From NCBI GenBank assembly GCA_029856155.1, contig JAHQWL010000081.1, positions 1 to 64,000 on the forward strand: DNA of 64,000 bases, given 5' to 3'. Below, piece after piece: positions 30,362 to 40,571 of this stretch (position 1 is its first letter; every line of letters starts with the position of its first letter). Source of the DNA: Promethearchaeia archaeon. GTDB taxonomy: Archaea; Asgardarchaeota; Lokiarchaeia; Sigyniarchaeales; SOKP01. The notes under the pieces are model-generated. The model was not told the DNA's origin. It did not search any database and worked only from the letters and a program-made list of their open reading frames with translations. The translations under genes and the position numbers were made by a program.

Positions 30362-30780
30362 TTACCTTCTGTCTGTTTTTGTAATGTTAATAGAACATTA
30401 ATTATATTAAAAAGAACTAATAGAAATCCAGCAACTCCTAAATAGAATCCGATTCCAGAATTAGTGAAGTATTCAATTTCCTGGGAGATATAATCAACAA
30501 AAAATATCAACATAAAGCCTAAACCAACAAAAGTTAATATTACAGATTTTACTCTTAACTCTATTCGATAAATAATTAAAAAACTTGCGATTAAACAAAC
30601 GATACCGCTAAGTAATGGAAATAAGAATAAAAAGGAATCTGCTAGCTCTACAGATGTGGTGATATAATAAATCTCTAATAAGTTATGATCAGAAAACCAT
30701 GAAAAAAATTCAGATATTATTAATAGTATTGAACCAATTAAACCTATTATCAAAGTATTTATATATTTTTTAAGTTCCAT
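30358..30780 (-). CDS. Four-TM membrane protein
   Basis: Hydrophobic ORF, GIGFYLG. Confidence 0.7.
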   Translation of the reverse strand: MELKKYINTLIIGLIGSILLIISEFFSWFSDHNLLEIYYITTSVELADSFLFLFPLLSGIVCLIASFLIIYRIELRVKSVILTFVGLGFMLIFFVDYISQEIEYFTNSGIGFYLGVAGFLLVLFNIINVLLTLQKQTEGN

Positions 30781-30916
30781 TACAAATCATATTAGTTTTT
30801 CCATTAAAATTAAAAAATTATAAAAATTCAAAAAGAATAATATTAAAATAAATTTCGAAAATATTAATTTATTTTAGATTTCAAAAACAAATAAATCACT
30901 AATGATTTGAGATAAA

Positions 30917-32338
30917 ATGTCTTCCCCTTCTATACCAGAAATCGAAACTGAATCACCTCCCCTTTTTAATTATTTAATGCAAGAAATCCCTTTAGAAGAT
31001 ATAAGAGATTATGCTTCCCCTAGACGGATTCAATCTATAGATTTTGTAAAAGGATTTGCTATTGTTTTTATAATATTAGCTCATACTGCAAGTGGTTGGC
31101 TCGAACCCGATTCATTTTATGTATATGGGTTATTGTTTGCCTTATTAGATATTTTAGGACCCTCATTATTTGTATTCCTTTCAGCTCTAAGTGTAATATT
31201 CAGTATTAAGAGGAAGGAAGGTATTGTACATCCCAAAATTATTAGAAATCAAGTTTTTACCCGAGGAACTGTAATGATAATTATAGGGATGTTGACTAAT
31301 ATTTTGATTATAGAGGGTGGCGAAGTAAAAATTGCTATATATGGTTGGAATATAATTACATTTATTGGGTTTTCTCAAATTTTTTCTTATTATATCTTAA
31401 AAATTAGGAAATCATGGCGTATTATAATAGGAATAATCATAATTCTTCTCTCTCCTACGATAAGAGCTATACTCTATATAGGGAAAATTGAAGGAAATAT
31501 ATTCTTAGCCATTTTGCATTATATAATTACATCTCCAACACCTCATTTGACATTACTTCCATGGATTTCAATTTCTTTTATTTCTACTATATTTGGTGAA
31601 TATATTTATGAAGCAATGAATAAAGGCACGAAGAATGCTTATATTGGTCTATTTAGAATATTTGCTGTGTGGGGGATAATTTTTATTTTAATTGGAATTT
31701 TTGCTTTCTATCCTGATAGTAAAAATTTTATCAATTGGAAACCTGGATGGGCTCTAGAATGGGTTTCAGAAACAGATCCCTTAGATTCCTCAATGATGGG
31801 TGGACTTTCAGAGTATCCTCATTTAAGAAATCTTTTGTATGCAAACCAACAAGATTTTTACTATCTTCCCGGAATGCCAAATTTTTTAATAAGAGGAACA
31901 AGTGCTAATATGTTTTATAATCAAGGTGCAGCTTTGCTGATAATTTCAATTTTCTTCTACTTTATTGATATCAAGAAAAGATCTAATAATTTAACAAATA
32001 TTTTAATATATTTCGGTAAAGTATCTCTGAGTCTATTTCTCATTCATTTCTTCTTTATCCCTTTGTTTTTTAATCAATTTAATATCCCCTTCTTTCTTAC
32101 CATTAGCCTCTCTTATATTGGATTTTTAGGTATTTTTATGTATATATGGATGGAATATGGGAAAGGTGTAGGTTCTCCTGAATGGTTAATGGTGCAATTT
32201 GGTAGAATAGGTCAAAAATCAGGTGAAGCTGTAAAGAAAACAACAAAAAAGATGTATGCAAAGATAAAAAAGCGTGAAAAAGTTAAAAAAATGGAAGATT
32301 TCATGAAAAAATTGAGTGGAAACGATGATAATCCTTAA
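30917..32338 (+). CDS. HGSNAT-like (DUF1624) transmembrane acyltransferase
   Basis: RIQSIDFVKGFAIVFIILAH, FVFLSALS, many TM helices. Confidence 0.8.
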   Translation: MSSPSIPEIETESPPLFNYLMQEIPLEDIRDYASPRRIQSIDFVKGFAIVFIILAHTASGWLEPDSFYVYGLLFALLDILGPSLFVFLSALSVIFSIKRKEGIVHPKIIRNQVFTRGTVMIIIGMLTNILIIEGGEVKIAIYGWNIITFIGFSQIFSYYILKIRKSWRIIIGIIIILLSPTIRAILYIGKIEGNIFLAILHYIITSPTPHLTLLPWISISFISTIFGEYIYEAMNKGTKNAYIGLFRIFAVWGIIFILIGIFAFYPDSKNFINWKPGWALEWVSETDPLDSSMMGGLSEYPHLRNLLYANQQDFYYLPGMPNFLIRGTSANMFYNQGAALLIISIFFYFIDIKKRSNNLTNILIYFGKVSLSLFLIHFFFIPLFFNQFNIPFFLTISLSYIGFLGIFMYIWMEYGKGVGSPEWLMVQFGRIGQKSGEAVKKTTKKMYAKIKKREKVKKMEDFMKKLSGNDDNP

Positions 32339-32352
32339 CGATAAGATTTCTA

Positions 32353-33645
32353 ATGTATAAAACTCGAATATTCTTTTTAATAGCTTTTATTGTCAACGGA
32401 TTCTATTTAATCTTAACCTTCATATTCTTTTATTTTTTAGATAGTCCTTTAATGAGTATAGATGAAAATGATTTTTTATCTTTTTATCATGCGGGTTGGA
32501 ATGTGCTAGAAGACTTACCTAATTTGTATGACTCTTCGCTTTCTCCATTTCCATTTAGATATTTACCCATTTCTGCCTACTTTTTTACACCTTTTTCAAT
32601 TTTAGGATTAGAACTAGGCTATTTTGTTTTTCAGATCTTCAATTTCTCTCTTAACATCTTAATAATTTATTTAATGTATAGAATCATTCAAATTTACAAT
32701 AACTTAAGTAATGATCCAAATTTTTACTTTAAATTAAACACTTTTAAGGATTCCTTTGATAAAACTGAAAATGCATCTGTTCTTCATCAATACGCTATTT
32801 TCCTAATTATGTTACCGCAATTTATGAATTATTTCTTGGGCCAAATTAACCTTATAGTTTTATTTTTGATTCTCTCTTCTCTAATTTTTTTTTTGAAAGG
32901 GGGCATTAAAAATGATCTGATAGGAGGATTTTTAATAGGATTAGGTTTATCAATAAGACCAACTCTAATTTTAATTTTGCCATTTTTAATAGTCTTAAAG
33001 TACAATAGAGAAACTAAGAAATTTCTCTTTAATTTAAAAACAACTGTGATAAGATTCTTAGGACCTACAGTTTTATTATTGATCTCAGGAATCTACTTTT
33101 TAATATATCCGCAAATGTTTACAGATTTTATTGATGTAAATCTTACCGGAGAATATACCTATACTACTGAAGGAGGTATAGAAATTAATCCATCATTCAG
33201 TCTTACTAGAATTGTTTTAATTTTCTTAGATTTGATCAGAGTGGATATTAATGGGTTTTTGATTTTTATAATTATCACTTTAATATTCTTAATACCAATT
33301 TATTATTTTTATATTCAACACTCAGACCAACCTATAAAATTAATCTATGGATATTTATTAGGAATTTTAGTAATGTTAATTGTATATTTTGATTCTTGGC
33401 CTCATCATATTGTTGTTTTGACACCATTTTTAATTTTTTTTCTTCTCATCAATAAAAATTTCAAATACTATAAACTGTTCAAATATCTTCATTACTTAAT
33501 AGCGATATTAATGGTCATTTTTTGGGGGATTTATTATCTAACTTATCAATTTTTTCCTTTTAACGCGGGAGGATTAATATTATTGATGCTATTATACTAC
33601 TGCTTAGTTATGTATTATGTAAATCAAGTTAGAGAAAAACCATAA
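32353..33645 (+). CDS. GT87/DUF2029 (GT-C fold) glycosyltransferase
   Basis: DFLSFY.A, FRYLP, LGQIN, SIRP, SWPHH. Confidence 0.8.
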   Translation: MYKTRIFFLIAFIVNGFYLILTFIFFYFLDSPLMSIDENDFLSFYHAGWNVLEDLPNLYDSSLSPFPFRYLPISAYFFTPFSILGLELGYFVFQIFNFSLNILIIYLMYRIIQIYNNLSNDPNFYFKLNTFKDSFDKTENASVLHQYAIFLIMLPQFMNYFLGQINLIVLFLILSSLIFFLKGGIKNDLIGGFLIGLGLSIRPTLILILPFLIVLKYNRETKKFLFNLKTTVIRFLGPTVLLLISGIYFLIYPQMFTDFIDVNLTGEYTYTTEGGIEINPSFSLTRIVLIFLDLIRVDINGFLIFIIITLIFLIPIYYFYIQHSDQPIKLIYGYLLGILVMLIVYFDSWPHHIVVLTPFLIFFLLINKNFKYYKLFKYLHYLIAILMVIFWGIYYLTYQFFPFNAGGLILLMLLYYCLVMYYVNQVREKP

Positions 33646-33815
33646 CAAATTCATACTAACCCTTTTAAAAAAAGGAGCTTTTCATGCTTACAGTGTCCCA
33701 ACTATAATGATAACAAAATTTTAATAGGTTAAATGTTCAATAATAATAATACCAAAATTTTTCTTAGGAAATTATCTTTTTCCTTAATTATTCGATAAAT
33801 TGAGTAGGATCAAGA

Positions 33816-35084
33816 ATGTCGACAACAATAGAGGAAGAATTCAATACTGATATCAAAAAGGATACATCGAAACGTATTGCTTCAATAGATTACGTCAAAG
33901 GATTTGCTATAGTTTGGATTGTCTTAGCTCATGTAGGTCTCAGTTGGCTTGATCGTGATTGGAAGTATGTATATGGACTTGTTTTTGCATTTTTAGATGT
34001 TCTTGGGCCTTCATTATTCGTATTTCTTTCAGCACTCAGTGTCGTTTTCAGTTATAAAAGAAAACAAGGCAAAATGTCAGAAAAGTCAATTCGAAATGGG
34101 ATTTTGACAAGAGGAGTCGTAATTATTGCTATAGGAGTGTTATTCAATCCAATTTCTTTATTAACTGAAGCTGAGGCGGTTCCTTTCCCTGCAAATTTAT
34201 GGGGTTGGAATATACTTATGTTTATTGGATTCTCTCAGATTTTCTCTTATTATGCAATAAAATTTAACAAAAAATGGCGAGCTGTGATTGGTCTTATAAT
34301 TATCTACTTCTCCCCTTGGATTCGAGACGTTCTATACGAGTATAAAGAAGCAGGAAACATATCCGTAAGTGTAATTCATTTTATTGTAACTTCTCCACTT
34401 CCTCAAGTACCAATTTTTCCATATTTAGCAGTGTGTTTTATGTCTACAATATTTGGTGAGTTTCTATACGACGCAATGATAAAAGGGACTAAAAAAGCTT
34501 ATTATAAGTTATTTCGAATATTTTCCATTTATGGGATTGTATTTGTATTATTGGGAATATTCTTAATTGTTCCAAGGGGAGTTGCTTTCAACATCTGGGA
34601 AACTGGGTTGGCACGATTAATTCCTGGAACTCAGGTATCTCCAGGAATTATTGTAAAATCAGAATATTTGCATATTGACTTATTGGCTATTGCTAATCAG
34701 CAAAATTATGCTCACTTTGACGGAATGCCAATTTTTATGGTTAGATGCACCGCTCACAATATGTTCTACAATCTTGGTGTTGCTTTTTTACTTATTGCAA
34801 TATGTTTTTATATCCTTGATATAAAAAAGAAAATGAATGATGTCATAAGGTTAGTTCTATTTTACGGAAAAACAAGCCTCTCTCTCTTTCTAATTCAATA
34901 TCTATTTCTCCCCTTATATACAGGCCAGTTCTCAATCATCTTTTTACTTGGTGTTTGGGTTGGTTATTGTGGCTTTCTAGGTTTACTTATGTATATTTGG
35001 TTGAAATATTTCGATGGTGTCGGCTCACCTGAATGGATTATGAGTAAAGTTGGGAATTTGGGGAAAAAAAAGAAAAAATCTTGA
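33816..35084 (+). CDS. HGSNAT-like (DUF1624) transmembrane acyltransferase, paralog of 30917
   Basis: RIASIDYVKGFAIVWIVLAH; LGPSLFVFLSALSV and GVGSPEW shared with 30917. Confidence 0.8.
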   Translation: MSTTIEEEFNTDIKKDTSKRIASIDYVKGFAIVWIVLAHVGLSWLDRDWKYVYGLVFAFLDVLGPSLFVFLSALSVVFSYKRKQGKMSEKSIRNGILTRGVVIIAIGVLFNPISLLTEAEAVPFPANLWGWNILMFIGFSQIFSYYAIKFNKKWRAVIGLIIIYFSPWIRDVLYEYKEAGNISVSVIHFIVTSPLPQVPIFPYLAVCFMSTIFGEFLYDAMIKGTKKAYYKLFRIFSIYGIVFVLLGIFLIVPRGVAFNIWETGLARLIPGTQVSPGIIVKSEYLHIDLLAIANQQNYAHFDGMPIFMVRCTAHNMFYNLGVAFLLIAICFYILDIKKKMNDVIRLVLFYGKTSLSLFLIQYLFLPLYTGQFSIIFLLGVWVGYCGFLGLLMYIWLKYFDGVGSPEWIMSKVGNLGKKKKKS

Positions 35085-35279
35085 AAAACATTTAATTAAA
35101 GGTACTTAAAAAATAATAAAGCTATATTATAAAGATATAAATATCTTTAAAAGATAATAAGAAATATTAAGAGATGAATTAATTATTATTATAATTAGTT
35201 CTAGTTAATTCAAATCATATTAATATTACAATATTGATTTTTAAAAAAATATAGTAAAAATTTATTTCGTACGAGGAAA

Positions 35280-35807
35280 TTGAAGATGAGTCCAGAAACT
35301 TCGTATAAATTCAAAATCACACTTTTTGGGCCAGGTGGGGTGGGTAAAACTTCCTTATTGTTACGCTACATAAAAGATTACTTCAGCGATGACTTAAAAA
35401 AGACAATTGGAAGCAATTTTTTAATTAAAGATGTGGAACTTGAAGGGAAATTAGTGCGTCTGCTTTTATGGGATATTGGGGGTCAGCCTCAATTTCATAA
35501 GTTAAGAACTATATATTTTAAAGGGAGTAATGCAGCATTAGGTGTTTTTGATTTAGCTTCTAGTCAAACTCTCTTAAAAATTCCGGGGTGGATTAGCTCA
35601 ATTAAAAAAACGGTCAAAAAAACTATTCCTATGATTCTTTTAGGTAATAAGGCAGATTTAGAGAGAGAAATTGATAGAACTGAAGCTGAAGATACAGCTA
35701 AAAGACTTAACTGTGACTATTTAGAGACATCAGCAAAAACGGGACAAAATGTAGAATTAGTGTTTGAAAAAATAGCAAGAGCTTGCTTAGAAGATATTAG
35801 TGTTTAA
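35280..35807 (+). CDS. Rab-like small GTPase
   Basis: GPGGVGKTS, WDIGGQ, GNKAD, ETSAK; no C-terminal Cys prenylation motif. Confidence 0.93.
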   Translation: MKMSPETSYKFKITLFGPGGVGKTSLLLRYIKDYFSDDLKKTIGSNFLIKDVELEGKLVRLLLWDIGGQPQFHKLRTIYFKGSNAALGVFDLASSQTLLKIPGWISSIKKTVKKTIPMILLGNKADLEREIDRTEAEDTAKRLNCDYLETSAKTGQNVELVFEKIARACLEDISV

Positions 35808-35830
35808 GAACATCAATATTTTTTCTTATT

Positions 35831-36448
35831 CTAAATAATTTTTAACTTCTTTAATTCTTTAATAAGTTCAACTAAGTTAGTATATTTTATACCAATAATA
35901 CCTAGTTGCTTAGCAGAACGGATATTATTCAATCCATCATCTATGAAAATAATTTGTTCTGGTTTGCAAGCAGCTTTTTGTATAGCATATTTAAATATTT
36001 CAGGATCAGGTTTAATCAAATGAATCTCATGTGAAAGAATAAATTCATCAAAATAATCTAAAAAATCCCAATTTTTTTTTAATATGAAATTCCAATGGCT
36101 GGAATTTACATTAGATAACGCAATTAGTTTAAACTTATCTCTATCTTTTATTTTTTTGATGATATCAATTACATCTAGATTGATATCAGATATTATACTA
36201 TTAAATGCTTTAAAAAATTCAGATTGATCTAGCATACAAACTTGGAGTAAATCACATGCAAGTTGGTAAAATTCATCATCAGTCATATTTCCTTGATGAT
36301 AGATATCAGACTGTCTAAAAAATTCTAACATTATTGGTGTTTGGGGTCTATTGAGAGGAGACTGAGTTATAATCCTATTATAAAAGTGTGTGAAATCTAA
36401 GTCCACAACTACTCCTCCTAAATCAAAAATAATTGCCTTAACTTTCAT
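35831..36448 (-). CDS. HAD-family phosphatase
   Basis: FDLGGV, LSN, KPDPEIF, FIDD. Confidence 0.9.
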   Translation of the reverse strand: MKVKAIIFDLGGVVVDLDFTHFYNRIITQSPLNRPQTPIMLEFFRQSDIYHQGNMTDDEFYQLACDLLQVCMLDQSEFFKAFNSIISDINLDVIDIIKKIKDRDKFKLIALSNVNSSHWNFILKKNWDFLDYFDEFILSHEIHLIKPDPEIFKYAIQKAACKPEQIIFIDDGLNNIRSAKQLGIIGIKYTNLVELIKELKKLKII

Positions 36449-36525
36449 AATGAAAAAAAAAGTAACTTTATGGTTTAAATAACAGATTAAATAAATATTT
36501 TATTTAATAGAAATTAAACGTATTT

Positions 36526-38586
36526 TTAGCGTCTAAAATAAATTTTGGTTGAAAATTTCCTAAAGGGTACTGGTAATTTATATTTTGGAAAATTTCTCGT
36601 ATCATCTTCAAGCATTTCAAGCAATTTATCTAACTTTACATTATTAAATTGCTCAGATGTTTGCTTTTTTTGACCGAAAGGTTTATTTATCAATCTTCTT
36701 CTAATAGAAATCGTTTTATTATCCTGTTCTTTTTTACCAATGATTATTGTATAAGGTATCCATTCAATTTCAGATTGTCTTATTTTTTTTCCTATAGTTT
36801 CTTCTCGATCGTCGAAATCTGTTCTGAATTCTTCGCTATTAAGAATTTTAAGTAATCTTTCAGCATATTCATTCTGTTCATCACTCACTGTTATTATTCG
36901 TACCTGTATTGGAGACAACCAAGTTTTAAACCCTGGAACGAGTCTATCTTTATTTCGAATAGCAGATTCGATTAAACCCCATAAAACTCTTTCTACAGCA
37001 CCAGTTGGAGAATTATGAAGAATAATAGGATGTTTCACTTGACCGTCAGTATCAATGAAAGATATATTGTATTTTTGTCTTTTAACTCCATCAGTATCAA
37101 ACATATATTCCAAGGAACTCTCTACATCTATTTGATTAGTAGCTAATGTAGCACTCTTACCATGTGCTGAAAGAACATTTCTTTCAAATTTTAATATATA
37201 ATAATAATATCTATCTTCCCATAATTCTAATAATGCGGGATATTGTTCTGATTTGATTAAATCGATGATCCAATGTTTGTTTTCTTTATAAAATTCCTGA
37301 GTAACTCTGAAGATAACATAAGTATTTATACCTAAATCTTTTTCAAGACTTTTGATTAATTTATATTGCTTTTTAAACTCATCAACAGAAGATTCAATAT
37401 CTTTACACATCGTGTGCATATCTGGCATTATAAAACTTCGCAACCTCCTTAAACCGCTTAATTCACCTTCTAATTCACGTCTAAACGCATATTGTTCATA
37501 TTCATAAACTCTTAAAGGAAAATAATGAGGTTTCAAATTCATTTGAGAAAATAAATCAAATAGAAGGAAATCACATGCATATCTTAAGAGATATCTATCA
37601 CTTCCAGATTCAACCCAATAACTCCTTGCTGGAAACCGAGCAGTTTGCGCTGTTAGTTTCTTATTTTTAACAGTATACATAACAGGTGTATCAACAAGTA
37701 TCGCCCCATAATCTATTAATCTATCTTCTATATAATTTTTTATGAGGTTCTTCATAATGATTCCTTTTGTATACCATCTAAAGTTCCCTGCATCAGTGTT
37801 AGGATCAAAATCTAATAATTCAAATTCTTTCATAACTTTTATATGAGCTGGTTCAAATGCTCTCTCCATTAATCTTGACCCTAATTCAGAATTCAGAAAA
37901 GTATGAAATTCTTTGTCTTTAATCTCCTTTGGTGGCAAAATCTTCTGGTCTTCATCAAAATTTAGATTAAGTTCTTTTCCTGATGTTGTGATTATTTTAA
38001 ATACTGAGTTTTTAACCTGTTCCTCAGGTTTAATAGCTAGTTTAACATCTCTATACATCTCTGCTAATTCATGACCCAAACAGTTGATTTTAAATGATTT
38101 ATACCAGCCAAAAGGGGAGAACTTTGACTCAATACCTCTCTCTTCTAACCTTTTTGCGATTTTAGGGCACACTTCCATAGCATTGTGTTCATTACTAAGA
38201 AATTTACTTAAATGTGCCCATGGATAAACTAGAACTTTATCAACATGATACTTATCGCGATCTTTAATAAGCTCTAAAATCTTCCTTGGCTTTCCCTTTA
38301 TTTCGCCATTCTCAATCCTTTTATTATACTCTCTTATTTCTTCATTTTTTTGTCTTAACTTATCTGGAAATCCGGTAATTTGTAATATTGCAGCCTCAAT
38401 TTCCTCAGCTCCCTGTTTAGCAATTAAATCTGTATCATAAGTATCTTGATCTTCAACGGAGACAAAACAAACAAGAATTAAACCCTCCATTTTTATAATG
38501 TCCTCTGTAAATTCTTGGGGGTTACTCGTTGCTTCTTTATTTTTAATAACTTCCACATCTTGAGAGTGAATTAATAAGATTTTCAT
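36526..38586 (-). CDS. thrS: Archaeal threonine--tRNA ligase with N-terminal editing domain
   Basis: MKILLIHS, YPWAHLS, PFGWYKSF.I.C.GH, FRRE..GEL.GLRRLR.F.MPDMH, WLSPIQVR; likely start 38586. Confidence 0.96.
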   Translation of the reverse strand: MKILLIHSQDVEVIKNKEATSNPQEFTEDIIKMEGLILVCFVSVEDQDTYDTDLIAKQGAEEIEAAILQITGFPDKLRQKNEEIREYNKRIENGEIKGKPRKILELIKDRDKYHVDKVLVYPWAHLSKFLSNEHNAMEVCPKIAKRLEERGIESKFSPFGWYKSFKINCLGHELAEMYRDVKLAIKPEEQVKNSVFKIITTSGKELNLNFDEDQKILPPKEIKDKEFHTFLNSELGSRLMERAFEPAHIKVMKEFELLDFDPNTDAGNFRWYTKGIIMKNLIKNYIEDRLIDYGAILVDTPVMYTVKNKKLTAQTARFPARSYWVESGSDRYLLRYACDFLLFDLFSQMNLKPHYFPLRVYEYEQYAFRRELEGELSGLRRLRSFIMPDMHTMCKDIESSVDEFKKQYKLIKSLEKDLGINTYVIFRVTQEFYKENKHWIIDLIKSEQYPALLELWEDRYYYYILKFERNVLSAHGKSATLATNQIDVESSLEYMFDTDGVKRQKYNISFIDTDGQVKHPIILHNSPTGAVERVLWGLIESAIRNKDRLVPGFKTWLSPIQVRIITVSDEQNEYAERLLKILNSEEFRTDFDDREETIGKKIRQSEIEWIPYTIIIGKKEQDNKTISIRRRLINKPFGQKKQTSEQFNNVKLDKLLEMLEDDTRNFPKYKLPVPFRKFSTKIYFRR

Positions 38587-38711
38587 GATGAATCCTTTTT
38601 TTAGTCTTGTAACCAATAGAATATAATAAATTCTAAATATTTCTTTTACTTTTGATAAATAATTATATTCAAAATTCAAATTAATTGTTATTGAAATTAA
38701 TTTCTATTATA

Positions 38712-39323
38712 ATGAATCTTAAAAAAGCTTTTTCAGAAATAACTGAGTTATTAGATATATTATATCAAGATAGAGAAGAGATTTTAAAATTATCTCGTGA
38801 TGTAATTAGAGACTGCAGTATAGCTATAAAAAATGTTCATAGAAAAGAATTTGATAAATTTCATGAAAGAATAAACCAGATTAAGATTAACCATAAGAAG
38901 TTAATCGAAATAGTCAATAAAAATCCTGGTATATTTTTCAAATATCTAAAGACACCTGAGCAAGAATACGTTGAATCAATTGCTTTTCATTCAATTATTA
39001 GTAAAAAAGAGATTCCTTCACCTTTGGAATTAAATGTTAATCCTTTAAATTTTCTACTAGGATTAGCAGACGTTATTGGAGAATTGCGGAGATATGCTTT
39101 AGACAATATTAGAAATTCTCGTGTTGAAGATTTAAATTCGATCTTAGAAAAGATGGATGAGATCTACACTTATTTATTCACTATTGATTATCCCTCTGGT
39201 GTAACTCAAGATTTAAGACATAAAGTAGATGTTGCTAGAAATATAATCGAAAAAACAAGAGGAGATATATCCCTAGCAATTCAAATGGATGATTTGAAGA
39301 GATGTTTTAAAAACAAGATGTAA
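38712..39323 (+). CDS. Translin-family protein
   Basis: REEILKLSR, QEYVE, LLGLADVIGELRR, LRHKVDVAR. Confidence 0.9.
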   Translation: MNLKKAFSEITELLDILYQDREEILKLSRDVIRDCSIAIKNVHRKEFDKFHERINQIKINHKKLIEIVNKNPGIFFKYLKTPEQEYVESIAFHSIISKKEIPSPLELNVNPLNFLLGLADVIGELRRYALDNIRNSRVEDLNSILEKMDEIYTYLFTIDYPSGVTQDLRHKVDVARNIIEKTRGDISLAIQMDDLKRCFKNKM

Positions 39324-39366
39324 TTTTAACATTAATTATCTGAAATAGGTATGTGAGCAGAAAAAG

Positions 39367-39819
39367 ATGAATATAGAAAAGAAGAGGATAATGATAGCTG
39401 GAACGTTTGATCTTATTCATGCGGGTCACATTTACCTAATTAATGAAGCGGCAAAATTAGGAAACGTGTATGTGGTTGTTGCTACTGATAAAAATCGTGA
39501 ATTATTCTCAGGAGAACGACCTATTATTTCCCAGGAACAAAGATTAGAAATTATTAAGAATTTAAAAAATGTAACAGACGCTAGATTAGGAAGAAGTGAT
39601 AATGATACACTTAAAACAGTTGAAGAAATTAATCCAGACATAATTCTATTAGGGCCAGATCAGAAATATAGTATTGAAATTCTTAAACAAAAGCTTAGAA
39701 AAGAAAATCTAGATCATATTGAGGTAAAGAGACTAGAAACTTATTATGATAAATACAAATTACATAGTTCAAGCTTAATAAAACAAAAAATAATTGAAAA
39801 ATATAAAGAAAAAAACTAA
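39367..39819 (+). CDS. ribL: FAD synthase (archaeal cytidylyltransferase family)
   Basis: GTFDLIHAGH, PDIILLGPDQ, SSS; adjacent to riboflavin kinase. Confidence 0.85.
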   Translation: MNIEKKRIMIAGTFDLIHAGHIYLINEAAKLGNVYVVVATDKNRELFSGERPIISQEQRLEIIKNLKNVTDARLGRSDNDTLKTVEEINPDIILLGPDQKYSIEILKQKLRKENLDHIEVKRLETYYDKYKLHSSSLIKQKIIEKYKEKN

Positions 39820-39832
39820 ATCAATTGTGATA

Positions 39833-40555
39833 ATGGAGGATAAAGAAAGTATCTCTTCAGAAAATTATGCAAATTGGTTTGCACTTTATCATCTTTGCCA
39901 AAATATTGGAAGTCGAAAAGCTATCCATATTAGTAGTGTTGAATTTGGGAAAATACTTAATTTATCTCAACAAACAGCTTCAAGAAGAATAAATCAATTA
40001 GAAGATATAGGCTGGATACAACGAAAGATTGCGGGGAAAGATCAGATTATAAGAATTACAAAGAAAGGTGCTGCTGTTATGCTTGCAATGTATAAAGATT
40101 TAAAACAAATATTAGAAGACATATTAATTGTGGGAGAAGTCACTGAAGGAATGGGTGAAGGAGGTTATTATGTTAGAATTAAGGAATATTATGATCAATT
40201 TAGAGAAAAATTAGGATATAAACCTTATTTTGGAACATTAAATGTTCAGTTAAGTGATCTTAATAAAGAATTATTGGATGAAAACTTAAAAAATCGAATA
40301 CCCCTTATAATTCAGGGATTTGAGAAGGAAGAAGAGGGATATATTAAACGAAAATACGGTTCTGTAGAGTGTTATGATTGTATTATATCTCGTTTAGATG
40401 ATCAAACAAAAAAAATAAATAGTGCAATTTTGAAGATTAAAAGAACACACCATAAGAAAAATATAGTAGAAATTTTAGCAGAACCCTATTTAAGAGACAC
40501 ACTTAAATTAAAAGATGGTGTTCGTGTTAGAATAGAATTGATAAAAAAGAGTTAA
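39833..40555 (+). CDS. ribK: CTP-dependent riboflavin kinase with N-terminal HTH
   Basis: SQQTASRR, GMGEGGYY, PYFGTLNV, RTHH...EILA..YLR. Confidence 0.93.
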   Translation: MEDKESISSENYANWFALYHLCQNIGSRKAIHISSVEFGKILNLSQQTASRRINQLEDIGWIQRKIAGKDQIIRITKKGAAVMLAMYKDLKQILEDILIVGEVTEGMGEGGYYVRIKEYYDQFREKLGYKPYFGTLNVQLSDLNKELLDENLKNRIPLIIQGFEKEEEGYIKRKYGSVECYDCIISRLDDQTKKINSAILKIKRTHHKKNIVEILAEPYLRDTLKLKDGVRVRIELIKKS

Positions 40556-40571
40556 TTGTATACTACACTTT

